A stretch of DNA of 64,000 nucleotides from Christensenellales bacterium (GTDB taxonomy: Bacteria > Bacillota > Clostridia > Christensenellales > UBA1242), in the NCBI GenBank assembly GCA_051883495.1, contig JBJETV010000006.1:2160-66159 (forward strand). Direction: 5' to 3'. Position 1 is the first letter of the stretch, and every line of letters starts with the position of its first letter. Shown piece after piece: positions 1-7,311 of the stretch. The notes under the pieces were generated by a model. It searched no databases, had not been told where the DNA came from, and saw only the letters and a list, made by a program, of their open reading frames with translations. The position numbers were made by a program, and so were the translations under genes.

Positions 1-1075
1 CAGCGGGCCACGAGAGGGTTTTACAGAAGTGTTGAGGACCAATGTTGCCCTTATTCGTAAAAGATGTCCATCTCAAAATCTCAAAATTGAGGAGATGGTC
101 CTTGGGACAAAAACAAGGACAAGGATAAATATAATTTACTTTAAGGATATTGCGAAGGGTGAAATTGTAGAAGAAGTAAAAAAGAGATTGCAAAGGGTGG
201 AGATTGATGGCGTAATAGACAGTTATTATGTTGCAAAATTTTTGGAAGATAGACCAAACTCTATATTCAATCAGGTGGGCAACAGTGAAAAACCAGATAT
301 TGCCTGCGCCAAACTTTTGGAGGGGAGGATAGTTATTTTGGTTGACGGTTCTCCCATTGCTCTTACTGTGCCATATTTGTTTTTTGAGGACCTTCAGAGT
401 TGCAACGACTATTATTCCGATTCTCACCGAGCAACCATTTTGAGAATTATTAGAGTTATGGGAATTTTTATTTCCATTTTTTTGCCCGGAATGTATATTG
501 CCTTGCATTTGTATCACTATAAGGTCTTGCCCATAAAGTTTCTTGTTACTATTGTAAACACTACCCAAAACCTTCCACTGAATCCTTTTTTGGAGATATT
601 CTTTATCATAGTGCTGTTTGATATATTGTTTGAAGCAAGTGTGCGTATGCCCAAGTATCTTGGCATGGCTATATCTATCGTTGGGGCTCTTATCTTGGGT
701 GATACAGCGGTTAAGGCAGGGCTGGTCAGCCCACCGGGAGTTATGATAATTGCATTAAGCGCTATCACTGTGTATATTATCCCCAATCAGAGTTCGCAAA
801 TATCTATGCTTAGGATTGTATTTGCAATAATAGGTGGAACGTTGGGCTTTCATGGGGTTGTTTTGGGGTTGATATTTATAGTGTCTTATTTATGCAACTT
901 TGAATGTTTTGAAACGCCATACTTTGCCCCTTACACACCATTTATCCCACAGGACCAAAAAGACTTTATCCTCAAAGATTCGCTGGTGTCTATGAAGACA
1001 AGACCAAAGAGTATCCCTCACAAAAATAATATTCGCCTCGCTATAAAGTCAAAGGGCAAAAGGGGTGAAAAATGA
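1..1075 (+). CDS. GerA-family spore germination receptor, A subunit (5' end off the window)
   Basis: Frame is open back to nt 2 (SGPREGFTEVLRTNVALIRKR). It has a conserved GerAA/GerKA core (LLEGRIVILVDGSPIALTVPYLF) followed by C-terminal membrane helices. It is the first gene of an A-B-C arrangement with 4-nt overlaps. Confidence 0.9.
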   Translation, partial: SGPREGFTEVLRTNVALIRKRCPSQNLKIEEMVLGTKTRTRINIIYFKDIAKGEIVEEVKKRLQRVEIDGVIDSYYVAKFLEDRPNSIFNQVGNSEKPDIACAKLLEGRIVILVDGSPIALTVPYLFFEDLQSCNDYYSDSHRATILRIIRVMGIFISIFLPGMYIALHLYHYKVLPIKFLVTIVNTTQNLPLNPFLEIFFIIVLFDILFEASVRMPKYLGMAISIVGALILGDTAVKAGLVSPPGVMIIALSAITVYIIPNQSSQISMLRIVFAIIGGTLGFHGVVLGLIFIVSYLCNFECFETPYFAPYTPFIPQDQKDFILKDSLVSMKTRPKSIPHKNNIRLAIKSKGKRGEK

Positions 1076-2256
1076 AAAGACTTGTTACCACTCGTCAACT
1101 ATCGTTGATTCTTATCATAAGCCTTATTACTCTCAAAGGTTTGCTTCTCCCACCAATTATGGCAAAAGACTTGGGTAGGGATAGTTATATTTTTGCATTT
1201 GTCCTTTTGTTTCTCGATTTTTTAGTATTGTTAAGTTTTTTATTTGTTATGAACAAATACCCAGGGCAATCATTTTTTCAAATATTGCAACAACTCTTTG
1301 GGGTGGTGATTGCAAAGATTATTATGTTCTTTTTCTTTTGCTTTTTCTTTGTAAAATGTTGCATAATTTTTCAGGCAAATTTTGTCTATCTAAATGAAAA
1401 TTTATACACCACTTTCAACTGGCTAATATTTGCAGTGCCTATTCTTTTTACGGTGGTGGCTTGCGCTATGCGTGGGGTAACAGCATTTGCAAGACTGGTG
1501 GAGTTTTTCTTTCCAGTGATTATCGTTGGGGTGTTCACTTCTATGGGGGCGGGTGTTTTGTCTGCCGATTTTTCCAATCTACTACCTTTTATGGAGTTTG
1601 GGTTAAGCAAATTGCCCAAAGTTTTTTCGTATGCGCTGTGGTTTGGCGATTATCTCATTATGATTGTATTCTTTGGCAATGTAAAAACCACTAAAAAGTT
1701 TAACCTGCGTATAATCTTGTCTATTTCTGGAGCAATACTAGGTGTGGTTGCATTTATTGCCATATTTTATAGCATACACAACTACAGCGCCATTTGCCAC
1801 ACCAATGCAATATCAGATATGCTCCAAACTATGCCACTGTCTTCTGACGTGGGGAGTTTTGACTGGATACTAATTATCCTTTGGGATATTTCGTTATTTT
1901 TGTTCTTTACTATGAATATTTTGGGTGCATTTTATTCTTTTAGAATGGCATTTTTTGACCAATTCCACATCCCAGTGGCAATAGGGATAGTGGTGCTTGT
2001 TTATGTTGCAAACAGAATAGTAAACTTTGATATATACTTTACTATCGAAGTAGCCCAAAAGTATATTTGGCAAGTGTGTTTATTTGTCCAATATTTCTTG
2101 CCTGCAATAATATTTTTGTTTGCCTTGTTCAAAAAACACAAACAGAATAACAAGACAGCAGGTCAACCTGCCACAGTGCAAAATATGGTAGCAGAAAGAG
2201 AACGGATAAGCCTAACTCGTGATGGGGTTTTGGATAAAGGGGGACAAGCAGAATGA
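1072..2256 (+). CDS. Spore germination protein B subunit (GerAB-type, APC-like permease)
   Basis: 394 aa and highly hydrophobic, with about 10 predicted helices. ATGA overlap with the A subunit; its position in the operon fits a B subunit. Confidence 0.85.
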   Translation: MKRLVTTRQLSLILIISLITLKGLLLPPIMAKDLGRDSYIFAFVLLFLDFLVLLSFLFVMNKYPGQSFFQILQQLFGVVIAKIIMFFFFCFFFVKCCIIFQANFVYLNENLYTTFNWLIFAVPILFTVVACAMRGVTAFARLVEFFFPVIIVGVFTSMGAGVLSADFSNLLPFMEFGLSKLPKVFSYALWFGDYLIMIVFFGNVKTTKKFNLRIILSISGAILGVVAFIAIFYSIHNYSAICHTNAISDMLQTMPLSSDVGSFDWILIILWDISLFLFFTMNILGAFYSFRMAFFDQFHIPVAIGIVVLVYVANRIVNFDIYFTIEVAQKYIWQVCLFVQYFLPAIIFLFALFKKHKQNNKTAGQPATVQNMVAERERISLTRDGVLDKGGQAE

Positions 2257-3569
2257 AATATCTTTGGAAAAATAAAATTCTGATTGCTCTATTATTGCTA
2301 CTTGTAATACTTTTCCCCTCAACAATCAGCACTCCGCAACAGAGCAGAACAGAAAATATAGTTACCGCAGTGGGAATAGACAAAATTGGAGATGAATACG
2401 AAGTGTCTATACAATATGTTATCCCTTATGCCGACTCCGCCGAGGGCACATTTAAGATGTCATCTGCCAAGGGCAAAACAGTGGGCGAGGCGGTGGAAAC
2501 ACTTAGCGTTCAGACGGGGCGACTTTCGGGCTTTGCTCATTGTAGGGCATTATTGTTCAATCAAGAAGCCAGCGAAGATGATATGACATCAATATTAGAC
2601 TACTTTATCCGCATAAAACCAAACACCAACAACATAGTCCTTCTTTACACCAAGAAGTCTAGCAAAGATACTCTTTCTGCAGTGAAAAATTTTAATGGAG
2701 AATTTTACACTATACTCAATGCCAATGGTTTGTCAAACGACCAAAGGAGATATCAAGAGTTCAAAAATATAGGGGATTATTACAATGCCTTTTTTTCGCC
2801 ATCCAAGTGTATAGGAATTAGTGTGATTGACGTAATGGACAACTCCAGCCAGCAGGGCAGTCAGAGTTCTGGTGGAAGTAGCGGTTCAAGTGGTGGTTCA
2901 AGTGATGGTGGCGGGAGTAGCAGTGGCTCTGGGCAAAGTTCCAATGCCTCGTCCAGCAACACCTCGTCCAGCAACGATATGTCCTCAGGCAGTTCTGGTG
3001 GGGAGAGTGGTGGCGGAGAGAAAAAAGTCTTTAATGCAGGCGAAAAACTTATCCTAAAAGATGCCAAAAAGGTCGCACTGCTAGACAAAGAGCAATCGTC
3101 CAACCTTTCATTTTTCAATCCAAAAATAATGGATATGAGTTATTCACTGGAGCATTTTAGCGACGAATTGTGCAAAGATGTGTCCATAATTTTTGACATT
3201 CACGACAAAGGTTGCAAAGTTATCCCATCATTTGTAAATGGAGTTCCACATTACACCCTAGACCTCACCCTTAATATGCGAACAACCGAATTGTCAGGTG
3301 GCAATGTGGGAGAAGATATGTATTATGTCCTCAACAAAAAGTTTAGCGACACCCTAAAACAAACCCTAAAGGACAGCGTAACCAACAACCTTCGTCAAGC
3401 AGAACAACATTTTAAGCAATACAAATATGACGTGATAAAATGCTACGAAACATTTTATAAATTCAAAAACAAAGAGTTCAAACAATATCTTTCAACCTTG
3501 CCAGAGGGCAAATATTTTATGGAAGATATTTCGTTTGACTATAAAGTTACAATAATCCAGCAACTGTGA
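2253..3569 (+). CDS. Ger(x)C-family germination protein (C subunit), atypical
   Basis: N-terminal hydrophobic segment followed by the GerxC-like TAVGIDK motif. ATGA overlap with the B subunit. There is no lipobox Cys, and a Ser/Gly-rich insertion sits at nt 2841-3026. Confidence 0.8.
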   Translation: MKYLWKNKILIALLLLLVILFPSTISTPQQSRTENIVTAVGIDKIGDEYEVSIQYVIPYADSAEGTFKMSSAKGKTVGEAVETLSVQTGRLSGFAHCRALLFNQEASEDDMTSILDYFIRIKPNTNNIVLLYTKKSSKDTLSAVKNFNGEFYTILNANGLSNDQRRYQEFKNIGDYYNAFFSPSKCIGISVIDVMDNSSQQGSQSSGGSSGSSGGSSDGGGSSSGSGQSSNASSSNTSSSNDMSSGSSGGESGGGEKKVFNAGEKLILKDAKKVALLDKEQSSNLSFFNPKIMDMSYSLEHFSDELCKDVSIIFDIHDKGCKVIPSFVNGVPHYTLDLTLNMRTTELSGGNVGEDMYYVLNKKFSDTLKQTLKDSVTNNLRQAEQHFKQYKYDVIKCYETFYKFKNKEFKQYLSTLPEGKYFMEDISFDYKVTIIQQL

Positions 3570-3796
3570 TAAATTTTGCACAAAAAGGTTAAAAAGAAAA
3601 AATCAATACCCAAAAACCCCAAGATACACAAAACACAATGAAGTTAAATAACATAAAAATAATGCACCAAGAGAAAAATTGTAGTAAAAAAAATAAAATG
3701 CAACTAAAAAAATACAATAAAAAAAGAAAAAACAACCAAAAAACTACAAAATATTTCAAAAACTAAAAAATATCCCAAAAAACTACTGAAAATCTT

Positions 3797-3825
3797 TTGA
3801 CAAAAAAAGTTGTGTAAAATATAAT
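3797..3825 (+). promoter_or_regulatory. Consensus sigma-A-type promoter (TTGACA-17-TATAAT)
   Basis: TTGACA at 3797-3802 and TATAAT at 3820-3825 with a 17-nt spacer. Both hexamers match the consensus perfectly. Confidence 0.55.
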
Positions 3826-3862
3826 GAAATTAAGAATTTTAGATAAAAGGAGAGCCCCCAAA

Positions 3863-3949
3863 ATGACGCATACAGCCACAAAAACAGCAATAGTAGGGGG
3901 GGGGGTATCTCTTAAGAGAAACCTCGTTACAATCAAAATAACAACGTAA
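3863..3949 (+). CDS. Candidate 28-codon sORF (MTHTATKTAIVGGGVSLKRNLVTIKITT) containing a G10 tract
   Basis: SD AAGGAGAG at 3847-3854 lies 8 nt before the ATG at 3863, about 30 nt downstream of the consensus promoter. Stop TAA at 3947. A weak hairpin plus T8 run follows at about 3961-3998. Confidence 0.3.
   Translation: MTHTATKTAIVGGGVSLKRNLVTIKITT
3896..3905. repeat. Homopolymeric G10 (C10 on - strand) tract
   Basis: Ten consecutive G read directly from the sequence, inside the candidate sORF. Confidence 0.95.
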
Positions 3950-4257
3950 AATGAAGGGTTATGTGCCAAATAATTTTGGTGCAAAACTCTTTTTTTTGTT
4001 TACATAAATTTACCCAATATTTGAAATTCTAATAATAGGGAAGATATCCAAAAGAAAAACAAAAAAACAAAAAAAAACAGAAAGTTGTGTTATCAAAACT
4101 ATCAACTAATAAAAACTTGTATGTTATCGAGTTGAAAAAAACAACTAATAAATGAAACAACAAATAATATGGCTAGTAAACGAAACAAAAAATGCAAATA
4201 ACACAATGAGAAATAGAAATTGGATATCAAAAAAAACAACAATAGGAGAGAGAAATT

Positions 4258-5592
4258 ATGAAGAAAAGGTTGACACTGTTAATATTTACTGCGTGTGCGG
4301 TGTTTGTTGGTTCTGTGGGGCTAATATTTTGGGCACTCGCTGCAACTCAAGTAAATATAACTTCAGGACTATTAGTTACATACAACCCAACTCCGCAAGT
4401 AGTGTGCAATGCCAGTGCAACTTATCAAAGGACTAATGACGCCAGCGCAATTGCATTTAAGAACGGCAATCTAAGTTTTGTATATGGTGGCGCAACAACC
4501 GATGCAACAATGGAGGCAACAAGTACTGCATTGCAACTGGACGATAGCAATACATATGTGGTGTTTGAGTTTACATTTGTAAACCAAAACCTTATGGAAA
4601 ACTACGACCTAACTATAACTCTATCCGACAACGGCACAGTAACAAATATGACAAGAAAATACTACTTTGGCGACCTATCTTCTTCCAATATATCCGCAAA
4701 AAGAACTACTATCAAAAACTCTGGCATAGACAATTCTTCGCTCTCTTCCAAAAAACTAGTCCTAGGCTACCAAGAAACAGGCAGAATATATATGCTCCTC
4801 GAAATCACCCCCGGCACAGTAGCCAACTACCTAGCAGACAATACCAACAAGTTTGTCTTTAACATGACCACTGCAGAGCATGTAGAAGTTGAAACAGTAG
4901 CTTATCTTACAAGAAACTGGACAAGTAGGATAAATGATGACACATCTCTACATGATACAACAACCACTATAAGATTTACCCAAGACGAATCACAAATAGC
5001 AGGGCTTACCAATAGTGTATCTGTGGGAACAAATAGCGAAACTGACACTTCTGCATATGTAGCATCTGATACTATAAGTGATGTAACAGCCTACTGGGGT
5101 AGTGATAAATCTACAATTGTGCTATACTCTCCAGGTATAATATATGCTCCACAAGATTCTAGTTTCTTGTTTACTATAGGATTAGTATCTGGGGGTGGAT
5201 TTCCCGCTCTTACAACATTAGATTTAAGCAACTTTGATACAAGAAATGTAACAGATATGTCATATATGTTTGACACTTGCTACTCACTAACGAGCCTTGA
5301 CCTTGGAAACATCAACCTTGAGAGTTGTACAAACTTTAGTGGAATGTTTGAAGGTGTGGTAATTAAAAGTGGTTTTACTCCAGCTTGTAGTCTTAACACA
5401 ATTGTTTTGCCATACAATATTCAAGAAGGTTATACCATAAATCTGCCATACTTTTTATTATATTATGCTGCCTATTCAAAGGATGGAGTTGGTTCTTATC
5501 AAATAGTTGGAACAATGACAAATGGAACGACGATTGCGTGTTCTACCGAAAACGAAAAAGTCACATTGGAATTAGAAGGTGTTTATATGTGA
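4258..5592 (+). CDS. Signal-anchored surface protein with DUF285/BspA-like leucine-rich repeats
   Basis: SD AGGAGAGAG precedes the ATG. The N-terminal helix is LLIFTACAVFVGSVGLIFWAL. The C-terminal motif LDLSNFDTRNVTDMSYMFDTCYSLTSLDLGNINLESCTNFSGMFEG is typical of the DUF285/BspA LRR family. Confidence 0.7.
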   Translation: MKKRLTLLIFTACAVFVGSVGLIFWALAATQVNITSGLLVTYNPTPQVVCNASATYQRTNDASAIAFKNGNLSFVYGGATTDATMEATSTALQLDDSNTYVVFEFTFVNQNLMENYDLTITLSDNGTVTNMTRKYYFGDLSSSNISAKRTTIKNSGIDNSSLSSKKLVLGYQETGRIYMLLEITPGTVANYLADNTNKFVFNMTTAEHVEVETVAYLTRNWTSRINDDTSLHDTTTTIRFTQDESQIAGLTNSVSVGTNSETDTSAYVASDTISDVTAYWGSDKSTIVLYSPGIIYAPQDSSFLFTIGLVSGGGFPALTTLDLSNFDTRNVTDMSYMFDTCYSLTSLDLGNINLESCTNFSGMFEGVVIKSGFTPACSLNTIVLPYNIQEGYTINLPYFLLYYAAYSKDGVGSYQIVGTMTNGTTIACSTENEKVTLELEGVYM

Positions 5593-5710
5593 TTTTAGGT
5601 ATTAACGTAAAAATATACCAATAATTTATTCAGCGATTTATATTATGCAAAATTACTCAAAGTAAATAATTTGTGATAGTATATTATATATCGGACATAA
5701 TGTATAATAC

Positions 5711-5738
5711 AAAAACTCTCCATTGGGGAGTTTTTTTT
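5711..5738 (+). terminator. Rho-independent terminator
   Basis: AAAAACTCTCC-att-GGGGAGTTTTTTTT hairpin plus T-run, 120 nt after the stop at 5592. Confidence 0.7.
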
Positions 5739-5949
5739 GGTAGAAGATTATTTGTTGTGTAAAGATTTTGAATGACAGTGATTTTATGCAAGTTTTATGA
5801 GATAAAATATTGTTACTAAGTAGAATAATTTTGTAGCAAAATAGTGTTGTTAGGGAGTTTTTCTAGATAATAAATAAATTAATCTCTTTTTTGAAGAGAA
5901 TCTATAAATAAAAATATATACCTTTTTAGATACGTTTTTGAAAAAACTC

Positions 5950-5978
5950 TTGATTTTTGGTGAATTGTTTGGTATATT
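5950..5978 (+). promoter_or_regulatory. Sigma-A-type promoter of the rpsF operon (TTGATT-17-TGgTATATT)
   Basis: -35 TTGATT at 5950-5955, extended -10 TGG-TATATT at 5970-5978, 17-nt spacer. It lies about 80 nt upstream of rpsF. Confidence 0.55.
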
Positions 5979-6059
5979 ATGTGCGAATAAATTTTTGAAT
6001 TTCAAAATTTATTTCTCTTGCCAAGAAATTGGCCGAATAAGTCCAAAGGAGGTATAAAA

Positions 6060-6344
6060 ATGTCAAAATACGAAGTGCTTTATGTCATTTCACCATCACT
6101 TTCTGAAGAAGAAAGAGAAGGGGTTATCGCAAAGTTCAAAAATTATGTTGAACAAAATGGCGGAACAGTAAGCGGTATTGACAAATGGGGTATGAAGACT
6201 CTTGCATATCCAATCAAATTCAAAAAGGAAGGATTTTATGTCCTTATGACCTTTGAATCCCCAAAAGAAACAAGCATCGCTATGGGCAAACTGTTGCTTA
6301 TTACTGATAGCATTTTGAGAAACATTATTGTCTGCAAAGACTAA
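6060..6344 (+). CDS. rpsF: 30S ribosomal protein bS6
   Basis: MSKYEVLYVISPSLSEEEREG is a typical S6 N-terminus. SD AAGGAGG at 6046-6052. The track ORF start at 6018 is upstream read-through. Confidence 0.95.
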   Translation: MSKYEVLYVISPSLSEEEREGVIAKFKNYVEQNGGTVSGIDKWGMKTLAYPIKFKKEGFYVLMTFESPKETSIAMGKLLLITDSILRNIIVCKD

Positions 6345-6371
6345 TTATTTGCACAAATTTAGGAGAGAATT

Positions 6372-6764
6372 ATGAACAAAGTTATTTTGGTTGGAAATTT
6401 AACAAAAGACCCAGAGCTATCCACCACAAACAGTGGCATCAACTATTGCAGGTTTACATTGGCTGTGCCAAAGAGATTTGCTCAAAGTGGCGAAAGGGAT
6501 GCCGAGTTTATCAATATTGTTGTATGGAGAGTTCAAGCGGACAACTGCCACAAATATCTTAGAAAAGGTAGCAAGGCTGGTATCGTTGGTAGCCTGCAAA
6601 CTAGAAGTTATGACGCTCAAGACGGCTCAAAGAGATATGTTACAGAAGTTGTAGCAGAAGAAGTTGAATTTCTAAGTTCAAAAACTTCAAATGAACAATC
6701 TTCGCAAAGTGAACCTCAATCGGCAGAACTTCAACCTATTGAAGACGACACTTTGCCATTCTAG
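6372..6764 (+). CDS. ssb: Single-stranded DNA-binding protein
   Basis: OB-fold N-terminus MNKVILVGNLTKDPEL, a Q/S-rich linker, and the acidic C-terminal tip DDTLPF. Confidence 0.95.
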   Translation: MNKVILVGNLTKDPELSTTNSGINYCRFTLAVPKRFAQSGERDAEFINIVVWRVQADNCHKYLRKGSKAGIVGSLQTRSYDAQDGSKRYVTEVVAEEVEFLSSKTSNEQSSQSEPQSAELQPIEDDTLPF

Positions 6765-6773
6765 GAGGGTAAA

Positions 6774-6887
6774 ATGTTTGAGATAGAAAATAGATTCTTT
6801 ATGTCATGCGACCACGACTGTGAACACTGCTGTGGATGTTCGTATGATGATGACGATGATGACGATGACGAAGAAAGTGAAGATTAA
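6774..6887 (+). CDS. Unannotated 37-codon Cys/His/Asp-rich sORF ([37 protein letters not shown])
   Basis: SD AGGAGGG at 6763-6769 overlaps the ssb stop; ATG at 6774; TAA at 6885-6887. It is below the 60-aa cut-off of the ORF track. Its Cys module is shared with the gene at 7312. Confidence 0.55.
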   Translation: MFEIENRFFMSCDHDCEHCCGCSYDDDDDDDDEESED

Positions 6888-6916
6888 ATCTTTATCCAAT
6901 TAAAAGGAGAAATGAA

Positions 6917-7201
6917 ATGACTGAACAACAAAACGTTCCTGCAAAAGAAGTTGCAGAATCAGTTGAGAAAATTGCAAAAAGGCCAAAGAGAGTAAACAAG
7001 AAAAAGGTTTGCATGTTCTGTGCCGACAGAAGCAAGGTTATCGACTACAAAGATGTCGCAACTCTTAAGAGATTTGTTACAGAAAAGGGCAAGATTGTCC
7101 CTCGCCGTCAAACAGGCACATGTGCTATGCACCAAAGAGAAATCACTGTGGCTGTTAAACGTGCAAGAAATGTAGCATTGCTCCCATTTAGAGGAGAATA
7201 A
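6917..7201 (+). CDS. rpsR: 30S ribosomal protein bS18
   Basis: [48 protein letters not shown] is a conserved S18 core. SD AAAGGAGA lies upstream. Confidence 0.95.
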   Translation: MTEQQNVPAKEVAESVEKIAKRPKRVNKKKVCMFCADRSKVIDYKDVATLKRFVTEKGKIVPRRQTGTCAMHQREITVAVKRARNVALLPFRGE

Positions 7202-7235
7202 TTGCATTTTGATTTGATATATTCAAATTTATTTC

Positions 7236-7275
7236 AAAACCTGAGGGATAAACCTTGGGTTTTGTTTTGTTTTTG
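7236..7275 (+). terminator. Rho-independent terminator after rpsR
   Basis: AACCTGAGG-gataaa-CCTTGGGTT (9 bp including 2 G-U pairs), followed by TTGTTTTGTTTTT. Confidence 0.6.
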
Positions 7276-7284
7276 TAAAAAGTT

Positions 7285-7293
7285 TGATATAAT
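7285..7293 (+). promoter_or_regulatory. Extended -10 element (TGATATAAT)
   Basis: TGn-TATAAT about 20 nt upstream of the ATG at 7312. The -35 region is weak. Confidence 0.4.
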
Positions 7294-7311
7294 AAGCATA
7301 GGGGAATGATT

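Noticed and set aside
3763-3984. 73-aa hydrophobic ORF on the - strand spanning the C10 tract.
   Set aside because: It has a TTG start with no SD and runs antisense through a perfect consensus promoter and SD on the + strand. The A/T-rich frame easily stays open. I cannot exclude it, but the + strand sORF model is better supported.
4152-4436. 94-aa + strand ORF overlapping the start of the surface-protein gene.
   Set aside because: It is an A-rich, Lys/Asn low-complexity sequence without an SD. The ATG at 4258 has an AGGAGAGAG SD and gives a proper signal-anchor.
6774-6887. The Cys-rich sORF as a SCIFF/ranthipeptide-type RiPP precursor.
   Set aside because: There is no radical-SAM maturase, protease or transporter gene nearby. 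The Cys spacing and the poly-Asp tail do not resemble the SCIFF C-terminal pattern I remember.
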